A stretch of DNA of 64,000 bases, taken from NCBI GenBank assembly GCA_000002435.2, contig CM018793.1. One strand, 5' to 3'. The stretch comes from Giardia intestinalis. Lineage: Eukaryota. Position 1 is the stretch's first letter. Every line of letters starts with the position of its first letter. This document shows positions 25,827-35,800 of the stretch, one piece after another. A model generated the notes under the pieces. The model worked only from the letters and a program-made list of their open reading frames with translations. It was not told the origin of the DNA and did not search any database. The position numbers were made by a program, and so were the translations under genes.

Positions 25827-28800
25827 ATGGACGAATCTCACAGTGATCAACTACTGGATTATAGTGACGCAGTGCGCAGGATTTTATCAGCAAGTAGGTC
25901 ATCACTAGACCGTTCTGGTCGCCTTCATCAAAGGAGCCTTCCCATGACAACCGAAGACAGTTCCTGGCAAGGCGGAGCAGCAGCCTTGCAGGATTCTTTG
26001 GACGAGCCTCGCACCATCCCTCCAGTAGCAGAAGGCTCGCAGAAGCCTAATACAGCCGATGGCTATCTAACCTCATCTATGTTGGAGTTAGCAAACTCTA
26101 TGATCCACCAACCACGCCAATCTCCTGTTGTCGAGATTTTATCTCAAGCGCGACTAGAGATAGAAAGAAATCGTCAAGAAATCGACTTGCTACGCGCAAG
26201 CCTGTCTACAAAAGACAAACGGGTGACAAGCTTAGAGCATGAGCTGGATGCGTCCAGACAGCTTGCTTCCTCACTAACAGATCAGCTCAAAGCGCAGATC
26301 CAGGTTGCATCATCGGGATCTGTGCACGATCCAGTGCTACTAGCATACTCATTTAGTATGCAGACAATAGGCCCTGCTGTCTTGGATACTGGGCTCCAGG
26401 CGGATAACTTGAATGATAACACAGATCACAAGGAAGTAGAGAGATTGCAAGCAAAATTAGAGCAGATTACAAGTGAATATGAGGCACTGAAGATGGAGCA
26501 TGAAGACTCCCAGCTGAGGTTGGCGTCGGCCAAAAGCGAGAACGAATTCACTTCATTCAAAGCATTCCTCGAGTACAATCAACTGAAAACTGCACACGAA
26601 AATGCACTTACGCAGATCAATGCTGTCGAAACAGAAAACAGCCTGATGGATCATCAGGTGAAAGAGCTGACCTCTCAGCTTGAGATACTAAAAGAGGAGA
26701 ACGGCAAGCTTCTTTCTAAGGTGTCGGCCCTCGAAACAGAAGCTCTAAGCATACAGACACGGTATGACTCTGTCAAGGAGCAGAGCAGCATCTTGTGCAC
26801 GGAGAGTAAAAAGGTCGAGGAGTTGCTTAAGCAGCGAATAAACAATTGTCTGGATGAGTTGGTAGCAGCACGAACAGAAAGTGCAGAAAAGTCAAGTCGA
26901 CTTGACGATTGCACAAATGCATACATGAAAAAGTCAGAAGAGTTAGCAGCGGAGACGCAGCGATTCAAATCGCTGTTGCAGGAAGCTGCAGATTCCAACG
27001 AGCAGCTTGTAAGCCAGTGCAGAGACTTGGAAGAACGCTTGGCCAAGCAACAGACAGCGCATACGTCCGCAAGCAACGCTGTTAGTACAGCGCTGGTAGA
27101 GGCACAAAAGGGTAAAGAGGCACTTGAAAGCGAAGTAAGCGATGTACGCACGGCGCTCAGTCAAGCCATGGATGCGATAGAAGTTCTGAAAGCCGAAAAT
27201 GCTTCTTTACGGAAGAATACGGAGAAGAGCAACATATCAATAGCTGCACGGATGGATGCGGCCATATTAGCAAACAAGGCCAGTTTCGAGCTGCGAATAG
27301 CTCAACTAGAAAGAGAATTGGACGGAGCCCGCTCCGAGACATCTGTAGTCAATATAAAGCTCGCAACCCAGACAGCGCTAGTGGGGCAATCTCAGAAGGA
27401 AATTGACATTCTTAAAATATCCTTAGCAACGGCAGAAAATACTATTTCAACGCTGCAGCAAGCACTGGCCACATATACCGAGGAGGGGAACCTTAAACAG
27501 CAATATGATGCAACAACAGAGCAAAATGTAAAGCTCGCTGAAAGGGTTAAAGAGCTAGAAGTAGAACTGGATAAGCGGAAAACAAAGGAGCACGCCCTGA
27601 GCAAAGACCTCGAGTTTCTTAAAGAAAGCGCTGATAACTTGGCGAGAAAATGTGAACGTAGAGGTTCAGCCAAGTCTGAGCTACAGAATGCACTAAAAGA
27701 AAGGGATGCACAGTTGTCAGAGAAGGCTGTAGAGTTAGAAGTTCAAAAGTCCGAGTTTTCTGCACAGATTGCCCTATTGGAGGCTCACGCTCAGAGCGAT
27801 GCAGAACAACTGCGGAAGCTTAGCTTAGAAAAGGAAGAGCTGAACTCACAAATAAACGGCCTGAAGCAAGATGTTGCCAAACTCCAGATAGAGTTGGACA
27901 AAAAGGACATACAAACAGAGCAGGCCCGCACAAATACTATCAATACCATTAACTCCATATCGGCTGAGAACAAGTCACTTCTTCTCCGCCTTGAGCAAGC
28001 CACTGATGAGACATCCCGGTTACAACTGTCCAGCCAAAAGGCCACCACAGACATCATTCACCTTAAGCAAGAGATGGAGCAGCTCAGACAAGAGAATTCA
28101 GGCCTTCGCATGGAGTTAAAGGAGGCACTTACAAATAAGAACAAAATAGAAGCCCAAGCGAATGCTGATGTTGATGCATTGACTGCACGGATAAGTGAGA
28201 TGGTTAATGAAAGAAATGCTTACGAAAAAGAGCGACAGGAGCTGATGACTCTGTTAGAAGACAAGGAGTCGAGTCTGGACGCTGCACAGATAACAATTTC
28301 CAGCCAGATAAGCCACAAAAGGATCGCAGAGTCTTTATGCACAGAAAATAGCGCACTCAGGCTAGAACTGGAGCAGATTCGTCTCAACTCTGAACAGCTT
28401 ATTACTGAATCGAGACGGCAAAACGAAGAGTTGCTGCGTAAAAATCATTCCGTGCAACGTGCTCTCAACGAAAAAACACACGCACTTGATATGACGGTAG
28501 GCTTACTGAAGGAAGGCAAAGACACAGTGCAGCAGCTTCAGCAGGAAAAGGATATGCTGTTGAAGAAAATCGCTGAGCAGCAGGGGCTTGTGGGGTCTCT
28601 TCAAAGCAAGCTTGTTGCAAGGGACGCAGAACACGCCTCCCAACTGTTACAACTGGAGCTCCAGACCCAGGAGTATGCAACAGAGCTACGACAACTTACG
28701 GACCTTCACAAGAACTATCGCAAATCCATCGAGGCAGGAGATATCGCGGTCGCAGAAAAGCTTAATGCGCTGGCAGAGATCAATAGGGAGATAAGCCGAA

Positions 28801-29087
28801 GCTCTCATAGCAGAACACCTACATCACTCTCTACCGTAGACAGTATTAACGAGGGTAATTTGAGCAAGTCTACTAGAGCTCCTTTCGCGTCTAACATATC
28901 GAGTAAGCTGGGACTATCAGGGATAGGTGGCCACGGTTTCCGGGCCAAGGAAAAGCCTGCTTCTGCCTCATCAAATTGGGATGCCGTTGCTAGCATAGAT
29001 GAAGAAGTCACGCGGCTCACCATGCTTCGAGAGGAGCTCCAGCGCTCTATGCAGGGCAACAAGCACCCAATAAAGTATACCGAGTGA
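25827..29087 (+). CDS. Coiled-coil protein, 1086 aa
   Basis: ATG at 25827 after 'caaaaattagaa'. Near-continuous heptad repeats (SMC/myosin-tail-like composition) with no globular domain recognised. Confidence 0.6.
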   Translation: MDESHSDQLLDYSDAVRRILSASRSSLDRSGRLHQRSLPMTTEDSSWQGGAAALQDSLDEPRTIPPVAEGSQKPNTADGYLTSSMLELANSMIHQPRQSPVVEILSQARLEIERNRQEIDLLRASLSTKDKRVTSLEHELDASRQLASSLTDQLKAQIQVASSGSVHDPVLLAYSFSMQTIGPAVLDTGLQADNLNDNTDHKEVERLQAKLEQITSEYEALKMEHEDSQLRLASAKSENEFTSFKAFLEYNQLKTAHENALTQINAVETENSLMDHQVKELTSQLEILKEENGKLLSKVSALETEALSIQTRYDSVKEQSSILCTESKKVEELLKQRINNCLDELVAARTESAEKSSRLDDCTNAYMKKSEELAAETQRFKSLLQEAADSNEQLVSQCRDLEERLAKQQTAHTSASNAVSTALVEAQKGKEALESEVSDVRTALSQAMDAIEVLKAENASLRKNTEKSNISIAARMDAAILANKASFELRIAQLERELDGARSETSVVNIKLATQTALVGQSQKEIDILKISLATAENTISTLQQALATYTEEGNLKQQYDATTEQNVKLAERVKELEVELDKRKTKEHALSKDLEFLKESADNLARKCERRGSAKSELQNALKERDAQLSEKAVELEVQKSEFSAQIALLEAHAQSDAEQLRKLSLEKEELNSQINGLKQDVAKLQIELDKKDIQTEQARTNTINTINSISAENKSLLLRLEQATDETSRLQLSSQKATTDIIHLKQEMEQLRQENSGLRMELKEALTNKNKIEAQANADVDALTARISEMVNERNAYEKERQELMTLLEDKESSLDAAQITISSQISHKRIAESLCTENSALRLELEQIRLNSEQLITESRRQNEELLRKNHSVQRALNEKTHALDMTVGLLKEGKDTVQQLQQEKDMLLKKIAEQQGLVGSLQSKLVARDAEHASQLLQLELQTQEYATELRQLTDLHKNYRKSIEAGDIAVAEKLNALAEINREISRSSHSRTPTSLSTVDSINEGNLSKSTRAPFASNISSKLGLSGIGGHGFRAKEKPASASSNWDAVASIDEEVTRLTMLREELQRSMQGNKHPIKYTE

Positions 29088-29098
29088 ACAAAAATAAA

Positions 29099-32000
29099 AT
29101 GCAAGAGCTGGCATCTGCTATTCGTCTTTCTTGCTCCACACTCCAGCAAGAGCTAATGCAAGCGCAGGAAGTTGTTGCTAGGCTAAAGAACTCCAACGAA
29201 TTCGATCAAATTTGCATTTCTCTGATTGAGAACTATTCGGCTCTTAATTTGGAGCCACAACATGTCTTTGCCGTCGTGATCCAGCTCCGTTTATGGGTTA
29301 AGGTTGAGGATAATATCAAGGGAGTCGGGGAACTTGTAGCCTTCAGTGAGAAGCTTATTGTGCTGGCCCACTCCGCATTGAATGTTCAGATCCTAAAGCT
29401 TATTGCAGAGACACTTGCTTTAGCAATCGCGCACATTGACACTCCTACTTTGTGTACCCTTGTTTCCAAGCATATTGGAACACTTATTGCAAACAGCTCT
29501 GTGACGCTCACCGAGGACGCCTACCTCAAGGAGCCCTTGCCGATTGGCAACGTTACGACTAACTCCGCATACATCCAGAAGCTTGCAAGTATTTACATTC
29601 TAGCAACGGTCGTAGCTCGCTTCCGTACAGTGACAAACAACCGCAACAGGCTCGACCAGATTTTATCTGCAGATTGCATTAATGGCCTTTTGAAGAATAT
29701 CAGGACATCAGGGAGTTTCGTAGCTCGCTCTGCCGCAGATTACGCCTTTCAGTACAGTTTGATGATATTTACATATTCTTTTTCACCAATGATTGTGACA
29801 ACTATTTGCATGCAGATCGAAGAGATCTACTACACTATCCATAAGGCTTTTGAGCACACGCTAGCCGACGGACAGTACCTCCAGTCGTCTCTTTACACGG
29901 TAATAATCTTTATCATTTTCTATCAAAACCTATGGCTGGCTGAGTTCAGGGTTAGAAACCGGCCGCTGGCTATGCGTACCACTGAACTAAATGCCCTCTT
30001 GGAGTTTTGGAAGACCCATAGGCTCAATGATAGCATCTTCCAGCTCATGCTGAGTTGCTTGGAGTTTTTCTCGAACATGATGTTGAAGCCCTTGCCCATG
30101 TCCTTGCACAATGTGACCTGCGAACACGTCCTCGGCTTAATATATAGCTTTATTTCAGTGATTGTGAAATCTATTGATCCGGTGTCCCAGTTAGACAACA
30201 TTATGCATCTCACCAAAAGAATTCTTTCGATCAGCGACATGCTCATGCACAAGGTTCTCGGTGACTATCTATCTCAGTCGAGTCTTTGCGAGCAGCAGAA
30301 GCCAATAAAGTTGTTCTCAAGGGAGCCCAAGGAAATAGCTGCTCTTGCTACGGAAGAGGTGGAAGAGCTGTTTTATGTTACGTTTGGGTCATCCGTGAGC
30401 ATGACAAAAAAAGACGCCGAGGAAGCTGAGCAGCTGTCTCAGATCGATGTCGGCATAGACTTTAAGATACTACTAGATGAGATTGTCAAAACAAATGCAA
30501 GTGTGATGAAAGTTTTGTCCGAGGGAGAGCTTCAGATGATACTCACCAAGTTGTCTGAGATGGCGAAGCAGCTTCTCCACGGACCTGTCGCCGCAGCATC
30601 CCAGTTAGGTCCGCTCACTCGGATAATTTCAATTGACAACACGTCTACTGTAGAGTTTTTCATTGCTCTTACGAATGCACCAGGCGCACTCCTTCAACTA
30701 TGCAAGATAGTCCCGGATGCAGAAAGCCATGAATTTAATAACAGGGTAGGAGAGCTTATCAATCTACTGCTGAGCATAGGTCCTTATCTCTCGTCGTTTT
30801 TAAACAGCAGGATCTTTTGGCTGATAAATGAGTTCATGACGGGTAACATCATCATCAACGAATCGTTGCTGCTGCCTATGCTGCCCATGCCCATCCTGCA
30901 GCATCTCGAGAATAGCAAGAGTAGCACCGAAGCCTACCTAGCTATCGTCTTGTGCAAAAGCCTCATGACCCGTCTCTATATCTCGATAGAGTTTCAGAAG
31001 GATGATCCTAGCACAGATGTTTCTTCCCTGCTTAGCAATATTCAGCCGTCTGTGATGATAAGCTCCCTGGCCACAATGCTTGCAAGGGTTCCTTCTGACG
31101 CTACGTTTCACGCCGACCTATTTGAGTTGCTAACCTCTTCGTTGGAGGTTTGCAGCTTCATAGACCCGGTGAGTACTAATCAGTGCTTAGAGATGCTTCT
31201 ACGGTCGATTGTCCAAGGCTGGGAAGCCCAAGCCCCCGGATATGCGGTGTTTGATGACTACTACAGGCAGAACGATACAATACACCCGTCCCTCCTTACA
31301 ACCAGCAATATTCTGGCGACCGTCACGACCATTTGCATCTCAGCTTCGATCCCGTTGTCGCATGCCTTCTTCTGCTATGTCTGCTCTCTTGTCAAGCACA
31401 TTTTTTGTTTTCTGCATCCAATTCTGGAGTTCGCCTACTCCAACCTTCTAACGACTGCTGTATCAGCCCTGAGTGCAGTCTATAGCTCAAAGAGCATCTA
31501 CCACCAAGAGGATGCTATCAAGCAAGCCATAACCCGCCAGCTCCTAGCAACCATAGTTGAATTCGTCTTGCAATATGATGAGGAGTTCGATCTTCTTCCA
31601 GAGTGCCTTCCTCTATTCATCACTATGACTAATTATTTGGGAGTTGTTGGGGATAAAGAGGTGATTAGCTTTATCCAGAGTTCGTTCACACTGCAATTAG
31701 CTGCTAGCCCTGACTATCTCTTCACGTCTAGATTGTTGTCTGGTGCATACTTCGCAGGATTGTTGACAAATTTCCTAATGGCATCTCCAGGGACGGATAG
31801 CTCCCTCAGATTACCGCCAGACAGCTACATAGCGATTGTAGACGCAGCAATGGGCTCCTTTTTCGATATTACCGTCTCTAGTAGGCAGGGATACTCGACT
31901 ATAGAGCAGCACATCTGCGCCCTTCTGTACATGTCCCTTGCTGCTGCTGCCCTTCTAGTTACAACCACACATAGCCTAATCTATTTTGAGAAGTATTCGT

Positions 32001-32434
32001 CTCAGAAGATGGCCGCGCTATTTTACACACTTCCTCGGACGCTTGTCCCCGACTTTCCCTCCTGCGACTTAGCAACAAGTACTTCCATGCTTGTGAGATC
32101 CTTGTTGGCAGGACTCACGGCTATCCCGCAGGGGCAAGAGTTCTTGGCCGGCGGCGTCTACGGCCAATCGCTGAAGCTCTCCACCCAGCTGCTCACAGCC
32201 CCTGAGGGGGATGCTTCTGGGGGTAAGCTGGCCCCGTCCAGAGATCAAGTTTGGGCCAGCATTCTGCAGGCTGGATTTCTTGCGGCGCCGGAGGAGGATC
32301 CATGTGCAGGCGCCGACACGTTCAGCCTGTTCGTCGAGGCGATGGACCAGATCGTCAGCGACTCCTTCGTCTACGCAGAGGCGATCCTGCAGGTGCGGCT
32401 CGTCGGCGTCGCGCTCGAGCGGGCGGGCGAGTGA
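29099..32434 (+). CDS. Large hypothetical protein (~1111 aa), possibly alpha-solenoid, with GC-rich 3' terminus
   Basis: The track start at 29084 is GTG. The first ATG at 29099 is preceded by 'aacaaaaataaa'. Leu-rich helical composition. The last ~60 codons switch to GC3 near 100%. Confidence 0.55.
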   Translation: MQELASAIRLSCSTLQQELMQAQEVVARLKNSNEFDQICISLIENYSALNLEPQHVFAVVIQLRLWVKVEDNIKGVGELVAFSEKLIVLAHSALNVQILKLIAETLALAIAHIDTPTLCTLVSKHIGTLIANSSVTLTEDAYLKEPLPIGNVTTNSAYIQKLASIYILATVVARFRTVTNNRNRLDQILSADCINGLLKNIRTSGSFVARSAADYAFQYSLMIFTYSFSPMIVTTICMQIEEIYYTIHKAFEHTLADGQYLQSSLYTVIIFIIFYQNLWLAEFRVRNRPLAMRTTELNALLEFWKTHRLNDSIFQLMLSCLEFFSNMMLKPLPMSLHNVTCEHVLGLIYSFISVIVKSIDPVSQLDNIMHLTKRILSISDMLMHKVLGDYLSQSSLCEQQKPIKLFSREPKEIAALATEEVEELFYVTFGSSVSMTKKDAEEAEQLSQIDVGIDFKILLDEIVKTNASVMKVLSEGELQMILTKLSEMAKQLLHGPVAAASQLGPLTRIISIDNTSTVEFFIALTNAPGALLQLCKIVPDAESHEFNNRVGELINLLLSIGPYLSSFLNSRIFWLINEFMTGNIIINESLLLPMLPMPILQHLENSKSSTEAYLAIVLCKSLMTRLYISIEFQKDDPSTDVSSLLSNIQPSVMISSLATMLARVPSDATFHADLFELLTSSLEVCSFIDPVSTNQCLEMLLRSIVQGWEAQAPGYAVFDDYYRQNDTIHPSLLTTSNILATVTTICISASIPLSHAFFCYVCSLVKHIFCFLHPILEFAYSNLLTTAVSALSAVYSSKSIYHQEDAIKQAITRQLLATIVEFVLQYDEEFDLLPECLPLFITMTNYLGVVGDKEVISFIQSSFTLQLAASPDYLFTSRLLSGAYFAGLLTNFLMASPGTDSSLRLPPDSYIAIVDAAMGSFFDITVSSRQGYSTIEQHICALLYMSLAAAALLVTTTHSLIYFEKYSSQKMAALFYTLPRTLVPDFPSCDLATSTSMLVRSLLAGLTAIPQGQEFLAGGVYGQSLKLSTQLLTAPEGDASGGKLAPSRDQVWASILQAGFLAAPEEDPCAGADTFSLFVEAMDQIVSDSFVYAEAILQVRLVGVALERAGE

Positions 32435-32442
32435 ACGGAAAG

Positions 32443-32516
32443 TGATCCGACGGAGACTCGAACTCCGGACCTCTCGCACGTCAAGCGAACGTGCTAACCA
32501 GCTACACTATCGGACC
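32443..32516 (-). tRNA. tRNA-Val (anticodon GAC), 74 nt
   Basis: Reverse complement reads GGTCCGA-TA-GTGT-AGCTGGTTA-GCAC-G-TTCGC-TTGACGT-GCGAG-AGGTC-CGGAG-TTCGAGT-CTCCG-TCGGATC-A. All stems pair (G-U at acceptor pair 2), with U33, R37 and T loop TTCGAGT. It begins 8 nt after the stop of the upstream gene. Confidence 0.8.
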
Positions 32517-32579
32517 GCGCCGCCGCGTGAAAACGCATAATGAATAAAATCGTTTTGTCTGAGCAGTAGGCTCTCGAAA

Positions 32580-32855
32580 ATGGCGGCCCTGGACGAGATC
32601 CGCGAGAAGCGCGCCCAGATCCTCAAGGAGCTCTGCATCCGCCGCGACTACACACATGCGCTCCTAGCCACGCCGGCAGCCGTGTGCCGTGCCCGTCGCG
32701 CCGTCAAGGACGCCCAGGTCCTTGACTCCTGCACCATGGTCTTCCGTGACATCGACCGCGACGCCATTCAACGGGCCATCCAGCGCGAGCCCGTCCGCTC
32801 CTCTTGGAGGAGCAACATGGCCAAGATCGACCCCATTGCGGCCGTCAAGAAATAG
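32580..32855 (+). CDS. Small conserved-looking protein, 91 aa, with extreme GC3 codon bias
   Basis: ATG at 32580 after 'ctctcgaaa'. About 85% of codons end in G or C, with clear 3-nt periodicity. There is no ORF on the opposite strand. Function unrecognised. Confidence 0.45.
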   Translation: MAALDEIREKRAQILKELCIRRDYTHALLATPAAVCRARRAVKDAQVLDSCTMVFRDIDRDAIQRAIQREPVRSSWRSNMAKIDPIAAVKK

Positions 32856-32890
32856 TGTAAATATTCAATCGTGTAATGATTTACAGAAAG

Positions 32891-35800
32891 CTAAAGCTGC
32901 ACCATGGATGACTGTCTGGAGCCACTCAGCAGAGGCGCGGTAGAGTACATAGACGCAGTAAGACTAGAATTGTGAGTGAGTTGCGGCTTGGGGAGTCCAG
33001 GAGGTTTCCGCGGGGCGCGCTCCCTCAGTGGGCCGCCTCTCCTGGGCCGTATCACGAACCACCAGACGAGGAAGCCGGCCACCGCAACGAGGACGAGGAG
33101 GACGACGACCACGATCGCAGCCGTCGTGCCACCCGAGGATTTGTTAGATGGAGCAGGGACTCCGCAGACGAAGTCGCTTGTGAGAGAGAAGCCTTCATCG
33201 CATATGCAAGTGGGCTTTACGCCGTTCTCAGACACGCACCTGCCGTTGCCCCCGCAGATCGTCACGGTGCCGTCGGTGCCGCGCTGGACGCACTGGCTGC
33301 TGATACAGAGCTGGTCAAGAACACTTTCATACCCATACTTGCACTCGCATGTACTATCTGTGGAAAGTGGACAGTTGCCATTCCCCCCGCAGAGTGTCCC
33401 GCCGGAAACGCAGGCCGATGGGTAGCAAAGGGTCCCGTGGAGGGTCCAGCCCTGGCTGCAGCTGCAGGTAGCAGAGGATCCCTCGCCGGAGCACGTGCCG
33501 CCGCCGTTGCAGACTTTCCCGTCCTTGAGACACCTTGTGGGGATGCAGTCCCTTCCAACCAGGGTGTAATAGTTAGCACACAGACACATGTAATTGCCAT
33601 TGTTATTCTCGCAGGCGCCGAAGCCGCTGCAGAGCTTCTGGTCCGACGAAATACAATTGCTGTGCACGCAGCCATTCTGGCCAGGAAGATTTTGGAAACC
33701 AGAATTACAATCGCACTTCTTAGTATTTTCATTACACGTTCCACCACCGTCGCATACCTCTGCAGAGATGCTTGCATGCGCCCCGAAGCACTCCTTGACA
33801 AAGCACTGGCCGGTCTTCTTGTCTGTGCGATACTGATCACTGCACTGGCACATTCCCTGGCCAGCCACAAGGCTCGCGATGCATACTCCGCGCCCCTTAC
33901 ACACTGTTTTAGAGCCGTTCTCATCCGAGATGCACTGGCTATAAACACAGATGTTTGTCCCGACTAGGGTTGTCCCGGGGTTGCAAACACACGCCCCAGT
34001 GTCCTCGCCGTTATCATTACACGTACCCATGCCATAGCACGTTTTTTCTGTCTGATCGTATGGATCCGACCAAACGCATCTGGATTTTCGGCACTTCTTG
34101 CTAGCACTGTCAACGACGAAGCTCGAGTTGACGCAGACGCAGTCAAAGCTACTGCCACCAAACTGACAGCTTCCTATGTCAGTACTCCCATCGACACCAC
34201 ATCCATCTGTCGGACAGTTGTCAAGATAGCAGGCTCCGTCACTGTGTCTCTTATAATTTGTGGCACAGTTTTCACACTTTGCCCCAGTATACGCTGGAGG
34301 ACACTTGCAGGTTTTCGACTCAAGGGAACAAGTTCCTACGTTACCGCATATTTTATTAGTATCCGTTGAGGAATCAACACACGCATTTGGTATGCACAAG
34401 TACTCTCCAAAGATCCCATACTCAGAATCACACTTGCACGAGTAATGGCTCTTATCATTTGTTGCGCATTTCCCATGACCAGAGCACTCAACATTCTTAT
34501 CCGATCCTCCGGGTAAAGTTGCACTGCGACAAACCTCCTTCATGCACTTTCCATCCTCCATCTTGATGACATCATACCGTTCTCTTTTGCACTCACAATA
34601 CGACTTAGTCGGGTCAGTAGAATTAATGACACACGATCCAAAGTGACGACCGCCACACATCGTATCTACTTCAGCTCCTCCATCAAGCCTTGGAACTTTA
34701 AATATGCATTGCTTTGGTAGACAAAATCCATCAACCTCTGCATAATTATCAGGTTGCTGTGGTTGCTTGCACTTGCAAGTATAATCGAGGTGATTACCCT
34801 CTGATCCCACTTTTGTGCATTCTCCGACAGTCTCGCCACCGCAGATAGTTCTGGTAACTTTTCCTGTACTATCTGTAGTGTTAATTAAGCACATAGGACT
34901 CACACAGGTCTTTTCAAATGGCTCTGTTCCTCGATCGCATTCGCATCCATTGGGTCCGCATCTGCCCAAGCCTCCACAGATGACTGGTGTATCTGTCTCG
35001 GCTCCGCTAGAAATGCACCTATCCGAAATACATGTACTTCTCAACTCGCCGTTCACATCTCTAAGTGTGACCAATTTAGCATTATTATTGCACCTGCACT
35101 TCTTGTCCTTGAGTAGAGAATTTTCTTCAGCACATGTCCCCATTCCGCTACATACAATGGGCGGATCATCCGACAACCTTCTGTAGATGCACTTACTTGG
35201 AATGCATTGGGAATTGAGTTGGCCTCTTTCGTAGCCCTCGGAGCAGACGCAGCCGTAACGATTACCGCTCTTCACACATCCAGCCAGGACATCTCCTCCG
35301 CAATAGACATCGTTATATGATACGCAACTAGGATGGACGCAGATATTATTAATCAATTTAAGGGAAGATCTGCACTTGCATGAATAACTTCCGTTATCAG
35401 AATTCTTGTTGCACGTACCAAGGTATCCGTCATATACCTGACATTCAACGTACTTAACTTCGCTGTCATGAATCACCTTTCCAACGCACCCTGGATGAGT
35501 GCAGTAACCTCCAAAGGCCTCCAGGCCACTTTCGCACTCGCAGCCGTACCGGCCAGTTAGCTGGTTGTATGCGCAGACCCCCTTTCCGGAGCAGACAAGC
35601 ACGTTGATATCCGGATTCCTTATGTTATCTGATATGCCAACTGGCAGGCAGTCGTAGCTGTAGCACATGTCACCGATCTTGAGGAAGCCATTGCTGCAGA
35701 CGCAGGTTCCAGTACTGTCTATATATCCCGCACCAGGACCACCGCAGAGTCCCCTTGCTCGGTGGGTCTGTGGATTTGCGTTCTTACTCTTTGAAATGCA

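Noticed and set aside
32972-33967. 331-aa and 228-aa ORFs antisense to the HCMP gene (also 36664..36968 and 37101..37817 on the minus strand)
   Set aside because: The Cys-codon-rich sense strand (TGC/TGT) gives a stop-poor, GCA/ACA-rich antisense strand. These are shadow ORFs of the 1677-aa gene.
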